DNA of 32,000 nucleotides. It comes from Methylorubrum extorquens. Lineage in GTDB: Bacteria; Pseudomonadota; Alphaproteobacteria; Rhizobiales; Beijerinckiaceae. The stretch spans positions 2,940,001 to 2,972,000 of the forward strand of contig LT962688.1 in assembly GCA_900234795.1 (NCBI GenBank), given 5' to 3'. Position numbers and translations under genes: made by a program. Position 1 is the first letter of the stretch. Each line of letters begins with the position of its first letter. Shown in pieces: positions 8,103 through 16,194 of the stretch. The notes beneath the pieces are model-generated. The model saw only the letters and a program-made list of their open reading frames with translations. It was not told the origin of the DNA and ran no database searches.

Positions 8103-9287
8103 TTACTTAGAGGCCAATAAAGTCCCACTTTCCTCAACCTCCGTTCCCGGTGGGACTTCCGGCTCCTTCGAGCCGTCGAGGTTGATCAGGTGCATCGCGC
8201 CGCCTGCGAGCACCCTCTGCCGGGCCTTGCGCGTGTAGAGCGCGGCCTGCTTCGGGTTGGTCCATCCATAGATCGCCATGAGCTGATTTTCGGTCGCGCC
8301 GTTCTCGGCCGCGATCGCGGCGCCGGCCTTGCGCAAGCCATGGGCGGTGCAATGCGGGAGGCCAGCTTCCGTGCAGCGCTTCCGGAACCAGTTCCCGAAG
8401 CCGTTGGCCGTGAACGCCTTGCCGTACTCCGTCGTGAGGAAGGCCAGCGCCGGCGTGTCGCTCTCGGCCGCGGGCATGGCGTCGATCGCGCGTTGCAGGA
8501 TCGGAAGCACCGGCAGATCGAGGGTGACAGGCGAACGGTTCCGGTTCTTGTGCTGAGTGTAGCGCAGCCATCCCTTGCGGATATGCTGCCGGCCGAGCGC
8601 GACAACGTCGGCGCGTCGGCACCCGACGAACAGCAGCAGGGCGAGCGCAAGGTAGGCCTTCGTGCCCGGCGGGTGGCGCTTAACGTACTGTGCGACCTCG
8701 TCCAGGTTCCAGGTGTGGAAGCCCTCCGTCTTGCCGGTCAGATAGGGCACCTCGCGCGCGGGGTTGGCCTCCACCAGCTCGGCCTCAATGCCGTAGGCAA
8801 AGACCTGGCGCACGGCCTTCAGCCGGCCGTTGGCCGCCTCCCGCTTGTCGGCCCGCCGATCGCGCAGAACCCGAATGGCCTTCGGTGTCATGCGATCGAT
8901 CGGAAATTCCGAAAACAGCTTCGCCGAGCCCGGCGCGATCGGCTCGATGAAGGTTGCCTCGAGGAGCGCGCGCCGGACCTTCCGGGTGCGCGGATCGAGC
9001 CCGCCGGTGAACTCGGGCGCCACGAAGTAGCGCTCGCACAGCCAACGCCAGGTGCCCTGCGTGGCGGCCGGACGCGCGGCAGGCGTATCCGACGCCGCCG
9101 GCGCTACCGTGCGCACCTCGACGGCGGCGCGGTAGGCCTCCATGAACGGTTCGGACCAAGGGATGCCGGCAAGCCGGATCTTCGGGCGGCCCTTCTCCCG
9201 AAAGTAGACCCGCACGTTCCCGTGCCGGTCGGTGTCCTCGATGCAGCCTTTCGGCAGCCGTTTCGGCATGGTCGTTCCGTCGCTCAT
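8103..9287 (-). CDS. int: Tyrosine-type phage integrase
   Basis: The C-terminal catalytic region contains GCRRADV...HGLRKAGA...GWTNPKQAALYT (R..HxxR..Y). The preferred start is ATG 9287 (MSDGTTMPKRLPKG), overlapping the xis stop as ATGA. The computed ORF extends to 9305. Confidence 0.93.
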   Translation of the reverse strand: MSDGTTMPKRLPKGCIEDTDRHGNVRVYFREKGRPKIRLAGIPWSEPFMEAYRAAVEVRTVAPAASDTPAARPAATQGTWRWLCERYFVAPEFTGGLDPRTRKVRRALLEATFIEPIAPGSAKLFSEFPIDRMTPKAIRVLRDRRADKREAANGRLKAVRQVFAYGIEAELVEANPAREVPYLTGKTEGFHTWNLDEVAQYVKRHPPGTKAYLALALLLFVGCRRADVVALGRQHIRKGWLRYTQHKNRNRSPVTLDLPVLPILQRAIDAMPAAESDTPALAFLTTEYGKAFTANGFGNWFRKRCTEAGLPHCTAHGLRKAGAAIAAENGATENQLMAIYGWTNPKQAALYTRKARQRVLAGGAMHLINLDGSKEPEVPPGTEVEESGTLLASK

Positions 9288-9565
9288 GTCGCGACGTTCT
9301 CCCAATCGTCATCGTCATGGGGTCCGGACGGGGCGCCCGAGTCGCTGCCGGCAGCATCGAGCCGAGCGAACGCCTCTTCAACCTCCCGCCGGTCCCAAAG
9401 CCGTCGGCGGTTGATCCGCTTCGGCTTCGGCATCCGGCCGTCATCGACCATGTGGTCCCACGTCGAAGGCGAGACGCCGACGTAGGTCGATGCCACGACC
9501 CGCGACAGGCCGAGCGGGATCATGCCGGGCGGCAGGGCGCCGAACCGTCTATCGCCCGCCGGCAT
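9284..9565 (-). CDS. xis: AlpA/MerR-like HTH excisionase or transcriptional regulator
   Basis: GLSRVVASTYVGVSPSTWDHMVDDGRMPKPKRINRRRLWDRREVEEAF matches the AlpA-type pattern. An alternative start is MIPLGL at about 9523. Confidence 0.7.
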   Translation of the reverse strand: MPAGDRRFGALPPGMIPLGLSRVVASTYVGVSPSTWDHMVDDGRMPKPKRINRRRLWDRREVEEAFARLDAAGSDSGAPSGPHDDDDWENVAT

Positions 9566-9649
9566 TGACGCAGCCCCTCTCCAATGTTCGCCCCATGGCG
9601 TCGCTGTGGTCCTTCGAAACCGACGTGTCGGTTGTGAAAGGGCGGCTCA

Positions 9650-10399
9650 TCACCGAGCAACCTCGGCTTCTACGCCTCGGCTTCGGCGAGGAACCGCTCT
9701 CCGGCTTCCGTCAGCCACCGCCGCGCCTTGAAGCCCCGTCGGCGTTGATCGACGAGGCCGGCGTGTCGCAGAGCCTCGTACCGCCGAGGGTCGATCAGCC
9801 TTCCCTGCTGCACCTGCCTCAGGGCGACCCGGGCCGCTTAGCTCCGCTGCTGCATCGGATCCCTCTTGCTTGGGCGCGCGCCAGCTCTGCGACCATTCGG
9901 GGCCGAACAGCCCGTCGCAGCTTGGGACGATCAGGCGCTGCTCGATGGCGCGGCGAGCGACGCCGGCCGGGATCGGCCGTCCGGAGGGGTGAAGGTCGAA
10001 GCGGCCGGACTCGGCGATCAGGATCTCGCCGGCGGCCAGGTGCTGCAGCAGCTCAAGGACCGGGCGGGCCGTGCGCTTCTTCGGCAGCGAGACGATGAAC
10101 GGGATGGGGGCGGTCGCTTCGGCCGCGGGCGCTGGCGCGCCCGCGCCCGCCCACTCGGCGTCGTTGGCGCTCCAGGCCCGCCGGCGGCGCTCGGTCAGCG
10201 CGCGCAGCTCAACCTCGGCGAGCCATTCGCCGAGCCGCTTGGCCGGGCCTGGCACGAAGTAGGTCCAGGGCTCGGCCGCAGCGCGCACCTTGCGGAAGGC
10301 GCGGCGCAGCGACAGGACGAGTGCGAGCTGCGGCGGCAGGCTCACGAGGAAGCCGCCGGGCACGTCGGCCACGCCGATCGGGGGCGCAACGGGGATCAC
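9650..10399 (-). CDS. Hypothetical early protein; the C-terminus probably continues in another frame to TAG 9670-9672 (winged-helix-like tail)
   Basis: The N-terminal roughly 185 aa are protein-like, but the computed tail (GPGRPEAGAAGKADRPSAVRGS...) is not. The adjacent frame reads VALRQVQQGRLIDPRRYEALRHAGLVDQRRRGFKARRWLTEAGERFLAEAEA. The switch falls at the CCCGGG run 9828-9833. Confidence 0.55.
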   Translation of the reverse strand: MIPVAPPIGVADVPGGFLVSLPPQLALVLSLRRAFRKVRAAAEPWTYFVPGPAKRLGEWLAEVELRALTERRRRAWSANDAEWAGAGAPAPAAEATAPIPFIVSLPKKRTARPVLELLQHLAAGEILIAESGRFDLHPSGRPIPAGVARRAIEQRLIVPSCDGLFGPEWSQSWRAPKQEGSDAAAELSGPGRPEAGAAGKADRPSAVRGSATRRPRRSTPTGLQGAAVADGSRRAVPRRSRGVEAEVAR

Positions 10400-10623
10400 C
10401 GGCGGCGCTCCCCCAGCGCGATCACGGGCGCGCGCAGGTATTCGACGCGACTCGGATCGCAGACGACGGGCAGGAAGCGGCCGTCCACCTTCACCCGCAG
10501 GCCGTCGTCGCCGGCGCGGGGCGGGGCGATGGTGCCGGCCTCTCCAGTCTCCGTGAGACGCACGCGGGTGCCGAGGGCGCAGGGCGCGCCCGGGTAACGC
10601 TGGCGGATCAGATCATAGGCCAT
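10396..10623 (-). CDS. Hypothetical small early protein
   Basis: The ORF is intact with protein-like composition. Its stop overlaps the downstream GTG as GTGA at 10396-10399. Confidence 0.55.
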   Translation of the reverse strand: MAYDLIRQRYPGAPCALGTRVRLTETGEAGTIAPPRAGDDGLRVKVDGRFLPVVCDPSRVEYLRAPVIALGERRR

Positions 10624-11014
10624 CGGCCGACGCCTTTGGCGCGACGGGCTCGAAGCTGGCGGCGACAGCGGCCGACAGATCGGCGAGGCGTAGCGCGATC
10701 GTTTCCTTGATCGTGGGCGTCGCGCCGGCGGCGAGCTGCTCGCGGACGTAGCGCTCGAACAGCTCGAAGGCGGCCTCGCCGGCGACGTCTAGGTCGCGCT
10801 CCGGATGCACCGGCCGAGGGCAAGGCAGGATCAGCACCGTCGGCGCGAGCGCCGGTGCGGTGAGGTAGTGCACGAGCCCGGGCGCGTATCCGACCTGTTC
10901 GAAGAAGTGGTGGATCTCGCCGAGACCGATGGCGACGCCAACGACGGCGACGTCCTTGTTCAAGCCCCCGTCCCACTTCACGAGGTCGGCGACGAAGGCG
11001 GCCGGGCGGCTCAC
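10613..11014 (-). CDS. Hypothetical early protein
   Basis: The GTG start at 11014 overlaps the upstream stop (GTGA). This corresponds to the C-terminal 133 aa of computed ORF 10613..11449, beginning VSRPAAFVADLVKWDGGLNKDV.... The remaining N-terminal part of that ORF is Arg/Pro-rich shadow. Confidence 0.55.
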   Translation of the reverse strand: MSRPAAFVADLVKWDGGLNKDVAVVGVAIGLGEIHHFFEQVGYAPGLVHYLTAPALAPTVLILPCPRPVHPERDLDVAGEAAFELFERYVREQLAAGATPTIKETIALRLADLSAAVAASFEPVAPKASADGL

Positions 11015-11307
11015 GACAGGATGCCCCAGCTGTAAACGATGCCGCCGACCACCACGCACAGCGAGACGATGTCCCGAAGGTGGCCGAGACCGAGCGCCCA
11101 CGGGCGGTCGGAGGCAGCGGCGACGGCGAGCTGCGCCGCGCGGGACATGACGAGGTCGATCGAATCCTCGATGTCCTCGAAGGGGAACTCGCCGTCGGCC
11201 TGCAGGGCGGCGACCGCCGCGCCCCGGCTCGCTCGGGCGGCGGGCGGCTTGCGGACGAGGCGACGGGCCAGGGGCTCGACGGGTTTGATGCGCGCGCGCT
11301 GGATCAC
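11011..11307 (-). CDS. Hypothetical early protein with a C-terminal hydrophobic helix
   Basis: The GTG start at 11307 overlaps the upstream stop (GTGA at 11304-11307). The protein ends ...IVSLCVVVGGIVYSWGILS. Confidence 0.5.
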   Translation of the reverse strand: MIQRARIKPVEPLARRLVRKPPAARASRGAAVAALQADGEFPFEDIEDSIDLVMSRAAQLAVAAASDRPWALGLGHLRDIVSLCVVVGGIVYSWGILS

Positions 11308-11744
11308 GAGGTCGGCTCCTGTTCGTCGGGGAAGGTTCGGAGGCAGGCCGCGACGGCGACCCACATGGCGTGCGCCTCGTCGTGCTCGAGGAGTGCGGTC
11401 TCGGCGCCGGCGGCTGAGAGCGCCGCCTTGGCGCGGCTCCCGCGATCACGAGTGAGGATCAGGAGCGTGCCGGCGGCGAGATCGAGGCGCAGGGCCTCGG
11501 CATCGCTCGCGCAAAGCGGGCCGCGGCGGCGCGGCTTCGGCGTGTTCGCGGCGGCCTGGCGGGCGGCATCGGCCGCGCCGAGAGCGGCTCGCGCGTCCTC
11601 GACCAGTTCGGCGAAGAGATCCTGCGGCAGCACGTCCAGGATGTTCGTCACGGCTGGGATGCCGCGCCGGCCGGCGCGGGCGTTGGCGATCGCCGTGGCG
11701 GCCGCGCGCACGTCGGCCGGGAGCATGTCGGCGGCGTTGCTCAT
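11304..11744 (-). CDS. Hypothetical early protein
   Basis: The ATG at 11744 (MSNAADMLPADVRAAATAIANARAGRRGIPAVTNILDVLPQDLF...) overlaps the upstream stop as ATGA at 11741-11744. Confidence 0.55.
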   Translation of the reverse strand: MSNAADMLPADVRAAATAIANARAGRRGIPAVTNILDVLPQDLFAELVEDARAALGAADAARQAAANTPKPRRRGPLCASDAEALRLDLAAGTLLILTRDRGSRAKAALSAAGAETALLEHDEAHAMWVAVAACLRTFPDEQEPTS

Positions 11745-12112
11745 GGGAGCCGCCTCCGAAGCACTTCGGGCACCGGCATCTCGGGGTAGTCTTCGCCCTC
11801 TTCCCACTCGACCCGGATGGCCGAGCGCAGGCGCGCCAGGTGGGTGGAAGCGTCGGGATCGTCCCACACTTCCGAGGGCTGCTGTTCGCGCGCCCAATCC
11901 ATGAGCAAGCGGAGATCCGCATCCCGCTCGGCACACAGCCGCGGCGGCCGACGGGTGCCGAGCCCCGACTTGGTGGGCCAGCCGGCGACGGCTATGCCCT
12001 CGCGCCTCGGATCGGCCGGCTTGAACACCTGTCCGAAGAAGCTCCGGAGCATGTGGTCGAAGCCGAGCACCACCTGAAGGTTCGGGCGATCGACGAGGAC
12101 GTACCGGCTCAT
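11741..12112 (-). CDS. Hypothetical early protein
   Basis: The ATG at 12112 (MSRYVLVDRPNLQVVLGFDHMLRSFFGQVF...) overlaps the upstream stop as ATGA at 12109-12112. Confidence 0.55.
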   Translation of the reverse strand: MSRYVLVDRPNLQVVLGFDHMLRSFFGQVFKPADPRREGIAVAGWPTKSGLGTRRPPRLCAERDADLRLLMDWAREQQPSEVWDDPDASTHLARLRSAIRVEWEEGEDYPEMPVPEVLRRRLP

Positions 12113-12345
12113 GCGTCGGCTCCCGTCGGCTCGGGCACGTAGCGCACGCCGCAGAGCGGGCAGTAGGTGGCGATCATCATCGTCGGCCGCTTGCCGCGCG
12201 GCTCGATCTTCTCGACGCCGAGAGCGATGGTGGAGCGGAGCCCGCTGATTCCGCCGTCCTGGCGTTCGATCACCAGGTGCTGGACCATCTTCGTGTTGTG
12301 GTCGGCGAGGAGCTTGTTCGCTCCCTCGATGCAGTTGCACGCCAT
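12109..12345 (-). CDS. Hypothetical Cys-containing small protein
   Basis: The protein reads MACNCIEG...YCPLCGVRYVP (CxC ... CxxC). Its ATG at 12345 lies 1 nt after the upstream stop. Confidence 0.55.
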   Translation of the reverse strand: MACNCIEGANKLLADHNTKMVQHLVIERQDGGISGLRSTIALGVEKIEPRGKRPTMMIATYCPLCGVRYVPEPTGADA

Positions 12346-12346
12346 G

Positions 12347-12649
12347 TCAGCGGCCCCCGATCGACGCGAGGGCGTGGGCCGGCTCGCCCAACTCGGTGGC
12401 GTGGAGGAGCGCGCCCTCGCCGCGGTGGAAGTAAACGAGCACCACTTCCTGATCGAGCGGCAGACGTTCGTAAGCCGCGCGGAAGGCGAAGCGGTGGGTG
12501 CGGGCGTCCTCGACGCCGCTGGCGCTCCACGGTCGACCGGTCACGCGGTCGTACCAGTCAACGACCTTGGGCGTGGTGCCGGCGAAGAAGCCGGATGCGA
12601 CCGTTACTCGGCGTCCGGCATGGGGATGGGCGCTTTGATGAAACGACAT
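12347..12649 (-). CDS. Hypothetical first gene of the leftward early operon
   Basis: The ATG at 12649 is preceded by GGAGCCAGGCT. The protein begins MSFHQSAHPHAGRRVTVASGFFAGTTPKVVDWYDRVTG.... Confidence 0.55.
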   Translation of the reverse strand: MSFHQSAHPHAGRRVTVASGFFAGTTPKVVDWYDRVTGRPWSASGVEDARTHRFAFRAAYERLPLDQEVVLVYFHRGEGALLHATELGEPAHALASIGGR

Positions 12650-12685
12650 AGCCTGGCTCCACCGCACATGCGGTCGAGCCATATT

Positions 12686-12724
12686 TCCCCCAAAGCGGGG
12701 GAAAAGCAACCCCATTTCGGGGGA
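12686..12724. promoter_or_regulatory. Candidate operator pair at the leftward early promoter
   Basis: TCCCCCAAAGCGGGGGA at 12686-12702 is a perfect 6-bp-arm palindrome, and a related CCCCATTTCGGGGG lies at 12710-12723. On the minus strand TTGCTT-N17-AAATAT encloses the first palindrome. Confidence 0.5.
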
Positions 12725-12791
12725 TGTAGTTGGGTGGTAGGCCTAGCTACCGGCCAGCTTATGAGCGCTTCTTGCGGGATTAAGTGTCCCG

Positions 12792-13406
12792 CTACCTCGG
12801 CTTGAGCCACGTCATCAGCGCGCTCCAAGCGACTCGCTTATCTCGCAGCGTTTCAAACCCCATCCCGACCAAATCAAAGACCTCTGGGTTTGAGCCCGGG
12901 TAGATCCGGCGAATGAGAATGTCTCCCCCTTCGATTTGGACAAAACACAGCTTCTCTAAGTGCTCGCTTGGGACGCCAACTCGCTTTTCATCGTGATAAA
13001 TAAAGTAGTTTTCTATGGCGATACCCGGCACGGAGACCCCCTTGTCTACTAATAGGGCTACGGTCTCAGAAGTTGCATCATTTGGACGAGGCGCTACGCA
13101 GTTGATATCCCCGCTGCTCACGTAGTGCACAGTGCCGCCATGGGACACAGTTCCCACGACTGGGATTTCATGGCTCGCGGAAATTATTTCGGAGAGAGCG
13201 ACTCCATAGATTTGAGCGGCTTGCGAAATTCGATCCGCCGACAGGCGACGCTCGCCCGATTCGATCTTCTCGTAACCCTTGGCTGACAAACCGAACGCCT
13301 CCGCCGCGTCCTGGAGGCGCCAGCCGCGCCGCTTCCGAAGGATTTTGAGATTGTGCTGCATCACAGCAGGACTTTGCTCACAGGCCTGCGATGCGTCTTC
13401 CGACAT
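12792..13406 (-). CDS. CI-like phage repressor (XRE-family HTH plus LexA/S24-like C-terminal domain)
   Basis: LKILRKRRGWRLQDAAEAFGLSAKGYEKIESGERRLSADRISQAAQIYGVALSEI is an XRE HTH. A C-terminal beta-rich domain follows. The gene is divergent from a Cro-like gene. The start is ATG 13406 or ATG 13361, and the computed ORF runs to 13475. Confidence 0.8.
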   Translation of the reverse strand: MSEDASQACEQSPAVMQHNLKILRKRRGWRLQDAAEAFGLSAKGYEKIESGERRLSADRISQAAQIYGVALSEIISASHEIPVVGTVSHGGTVHYVSSGDINCVAPRPNDATSETVALLVDKGVSVPGIAIENYFIYHDEKRVGVPSEHLEKLCFVQIEGGDILIRRIYPGSNPEVFDLVGMGFETLRDKRVAWSALMTWLKPR

Positions 13407-13431
13407 GTTGGGGGGCAACCCACTTGACTCG

Positions 13432-13450
13432 CTCCCCCAAAGCGGGGGAG
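13432..13450. promoter_or_regulatory. Candidate operator in the CI/Cro divergent intergenic region
   Basis: CTCCCCCAAAGCGGGGGAG contains the same 17-mer as 12686-12702. A TTGACT -35-like hexamer at 13424-13429 lies 4 nt upstream of the 17-mer core (13433-13449). A CAGCAGGACT direct repeat occurs at 13364-13373 and 13458-13467. Confidence 0.5.
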
Positions 13451-13473
13451 TTGGTGGCAGCAGGACTCGACTC

Positions 13474-13764
13474 ATGAAACTTCGAGAATGGATGAGCGCG
13501 AACGACCACGACGACGCGACCTTCGCGGCGGCGGTCGCAGCTCGCCTTCCTCAAGGTGAAACCTGCTCGAAGAAAACAGTTGAGAAGTGGAGGTACGGCA
13601 CTAGGACGCCGCGCCGCAAAGCTTTGTCGATCATTTCGCACATCACGGCCGGCTCAGTGACGCCTAACGACTTTGCTGACCTTCCGATCGTCTCCATGCA
13701 GCGCTCCAGTGAAGAGCGCGCCAAGTCCGATCCAGCCACCCCGGGCTCCCTGAAAGCGTTGTGA
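13474..13764 (+). CDS. Cro/YdaS-like small DNA-binding regulator
   Basis: The ATG at 13474 gives MKLREWMSANDHDDATFAAAVAARLPQGETCSKKTVEKWRYGTRTPRRKALSIISHITAGSVTPNDF. The gene occupies the position divergent from the repressor. Confidence 0.6.
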   Translation: MKLREWMSANDHDDATFAAAVAARLPQGETCSKKTVEKWRYGTRTPRRKALSIISHITAGSVTPNDFADLPIVSMQRSSEERAKSDPATPGSLKAL

Positions 13765-13946
13765 TGCGTACCCTGGCCGTTGCCTTGGCTGTCCTACTGT
13801 TGATCGTGGCGCTGCCGCTGATTCCGAGAATCGATTTCGCTCTAACCCGCCACCAGCGCGGTCGCGCTCTGTTCGAGTCTGGTCGCCTCGCCCTCGCCGC
13901 GGCTGCGGCGGCCGTGTTGCTTCTGATCGCGGCGAGGGCGCGATGA
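13761..13946 (+). CDS. Small two-TM membrane protein
   Basis: The protein has LAVALAVLLLIVALPLI and a C-terminal AAAAAAVLLLIAA segment. The start overlaps as GTGA and the stop as ATGA. Confidence 0.45.
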   Translation: MMRTLAVALAVLLLIVALPLIPRIDFALTRHQRGRALFESGRLALAAAAAAVLLLIAARAR

Positions 13947-14608
13947 GCGAAGCCGCCCCATCGTCCTGGTTTGCGGATCTCTATGCCGGCGTCGCTGACT
14001 ATGCCGACGCCGCACTGCGCAGCACTGCCGAGGCCGGCGAGGCGATGGGCGCGCAGCTCGCCACGGCCCTCGCCCGGGTCCAGGCCCTGCCCGAGGAAGC
14101 CGCCGCGGCGGTGTCGGCACTGACGACCGCGCTCGATCTCGTGCTGCCGCCCGGGCATGATCCCCTCCTCGCGGCCCCCCGGCCGGTCGCGGAAGCGTGT
14201 CCGGCCGAGCCCCGACAGGACGGCGGAATCGGGATGACGCCGCGGCCCGTTCCACGGCGCCTGACGGTGCGGCCGGAGGCCTTCGCAGCGTTCATCCGGG
14301 CGCGGCACCCGCACAAGCCGGCCGAGCAATGCGCCGCGCTCACCGGGATTCCCTTCGACAGCGTCGACAAGATGCTGAAGCGGGAGGCTCTGCCGAACGG
14401 GCGCAACTTCCTGCTCTGCATCATCGCCTACGGGCCCGAGCTGCTGGCGGTGGTGATGCCCGACGCGGACGAGCGGTGGCTCGCCGGCGCACGGATCCTG
14501 GCCGACCAAGCTCATCTCGAGAGTGAGCTGGCGCGCGTCCGCGACGCGATGGCCGAGAACACCGGGCGGTGGTCGTTCTGCGGGATCAGCTTCGGGGGGG
14601 CGCTATGA
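13943..14608 (+). CDS. Hypothetical early protein (possible HTH in the C-terminal half)
   Basis: The 221-aa ORF is intact and contains ...AEQCAALTGIPFDSVDKMLKREALPNGRNF.... It is coupled by ATGA overlaps at both ends. Confidence 0.6.
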   Translation: MSEAAPSSWFADLYAGVADYADAALRSTAEAGEAMGAQLATALARVQALPEEAAAAVSALTTALDLVLPPGHDPLLAAPRPVAEACPAEPRQDGGIGMTPRPVPRRLTVRPEAFAAFIRARHPHKPAEQCAALTGIPFDSVDKMLKREALPNGRNFLLCIIAYGPELLAVVMPDADERWLAGARILADQAHLESELARVRDAMAENTGRWSFCGISFGGAL

Positions 14609-14904
14609 GCCCGCCCAAGATGTATCGGGCCCCCGCCCGCGAGCGGGAGATCCCGCGGTGCGCGTGCGGCTGCGGCGAGGACGGCTGCTTCGGCTTCCCC
14701 GGCCCGGTCTATTACGCTCACCGGCACTGGCCGGACGGCTTCGTCATCACCGACGAACGCGGGCGTTTTACCGGCGAGAAGCCGGCGTTTCGCGCGGAGC
14801 CCCAGGCGGGCGCACCCCCGCCGTCCGACCTGTTCGGCCTTACGGAACCCGCCCGGCGCCTAACAAATCCGCCCCCGGGCCTGACGGGGCGCCGTCGCGC
14901 ATGA
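14605..14904 (+). CDS. Hypothetical Cys-rich small protein
   Basis: The ATG at 14605 gives MSPPKMYRAPAREREIPRCACGCGEDGCFGFPGPVYYAHRHWPDGF.... ATGA overlaps are present at both ends. Confidence 0.55.
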   Translation: MSPPKMYRAPAREREIPRCACGCGEDGCFGFPGPVYYAHRHWPDGFVITDERGRFTGEKPAFRAEPQAGAPPPSDLFGLTEPARRLTNPPPGLTGRRRA

Positions 14905-15839
14905 GCGGCCGGCGGGACGCTCCCTCCCGCCAGACTGAGACTCCGAATCCGACTCGATTCCTATCAGGCGTCCGTATGCGTAACCGCGCGCGTCTCTCTC
15001 CACGCCAGATTCGAGAATTGTGGCTCGTGCTCGGCCCGACGAAGCGGGCGCAGGCCGAAAGCCGCATTCGCTCCGGTCGTACCCTCGGCAAATTATCCGG
15101 GGGTTCGAGGCTCGAAGCCGGCCGCGTGCGAGAGCAGATCGGCCAGCTCGCTGGGGTCTCCGGTGTCCTGGCCGAGAAGTGCAACGCGATCTACCTGGCG
15201 GCCGAGCGCGATCCGGACCTGTTCGGCCCGGTGGTTGAGTACCTCGAGCGCTCCGAAAACATCCACGATGCCTCGAACCGGATGCGCCGGCTTGCCGACC
15301 TCGAGCGGGTTCGGCGCCTCGCTCCGACGCAAGGCCGGTTCGCGACGCTGGTTCTGGATCCGCCCTGGCAGGACGAAAGCGTCTCCCCCAACCAACGCCC
15401 GCCCTACGCGACGATGACCGAGCCGGAGATCGCGGCGGTGCCGGTGGAAACCTGGGCGCTGGACGAGGGACACATCTACTGCCACGCGCCCGGGCCCTTC
15501 CTCCCGATGGCGGTGCGCCTCGTCCAGGGCTGGGGCTACGACTTCAAGCAGGTGCTGACGTTCCGGAAGGCGGCCTTCTCGATGGGCCGCTACTTCCGGA
15601 CCCTCGACGAGTACTGCGTCTTCGCCACACGCGGCGGGCTGATGCTGGCCCGGGCCGACCTTCCCAACGTGTTCGAGGGCGCCCCCGGCCGGCACAGCGA
15701 GAAGCCGGACAGCTTCTTCGATCTCGTGCGCGCGGCGAGCCCCGGCCCCTACGGCGAGGCCTTCCAGCGCCAGGCGCGGCCTGACTTCACCAACCTCTAC
15801 ACCGAAGCGCCGGCCGTGCCGGCGATGGCCGCGGAATGA
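14901..15839 (+). CDS. MT-A70 family DNA N6-adenine methyltransferase (orphan, phage-encoded)
   Basis: The DPPW catalytic motif lies in LVLDPPWQDE, with ...HSEKPDSFFDLV near the C-terminus. The ATG at 14901 overlaps the upstream stop. The computed ORF 14523.. has a non-protein-like leader. Confidence 0.88.
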   Translation: MSGRRDAPSRQTETPNPTRFLSGVRMRNRARLSPRQIRELWLVLGPTKRAQAESRIRSGRTLGKLSGGSRLEAGRVREQIGQLAGVSGVLAEKCNAIYLAAERDPDLFGPVVEYLERSENIHDASNRMRRLADLERVRRLAPTQGRFATLVLDPPWQDESVSPNQRPPYATMTEPEIAAVPVETWALDEGHIYCHAPGPFLPMAVRLVQGWGYDFKQVLTFRKAAFSMGRYFRTLDEYCVFATRGGLMLARADLPNVFEGAPGRHSEKPDSFFDLVRAASPGPYGEAFQRQARPDFTNLYTEAPAVPAMAAE

Positions 15840-16194
15840 GACCGCGCCCCCGCCTGAGGCCGCCCGTCCGCGGCCCCCCTTCCCCGACCTAGGAACGATG
15901 ACCGCCGTCGCGCGCTGAATCGGCGAACTGCGCCCGCTTGCCCCCGGGCGGCGCGCCTCCGATTCCGCGCAGCCTCTCGCTCGTGCCCTGTCTAAGGCCC
16001 CCCCCTTGGCAGGCGACCGGCGGAGCTTTGCCCGAACCGTCGGGTGCGGTCGGCAGTCCCCCTCCCCTCGACCAGCCCAACGCCGCGCGCGACCCGCGAT
16101 TCCGGCGATGGGCTTTCGCGTGCCCGGAGCCGGACAGGCTTCGCGGCGCAACGGTCCCCCTTTGCCTGAAAGGGCCCGCCTAGAGGCGCCCACC

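Noticed and set aside
8190-9485. 431-aa plus-strand ORF
   Set aside because: It is antisense to the integrase and xis genes, which carry canonical catalytic and HTH motifs. It is a shadow ORF.
10613-11449. 278-aa ORF as one gene
   Set aside because: The N-terminal roughly 145 aa are Arg/Pro/Ser-rich and overlap the real upstream gene 11011..11307 out of frame. A GTGA junction at 11011-11014 marks the true start.
13664-14515. 283-aa minus-strand ORF
   Set aside because: It is antisense to the coupled rightward early genes (13761..13946 and 13943..14608). The translation is low-complexity.
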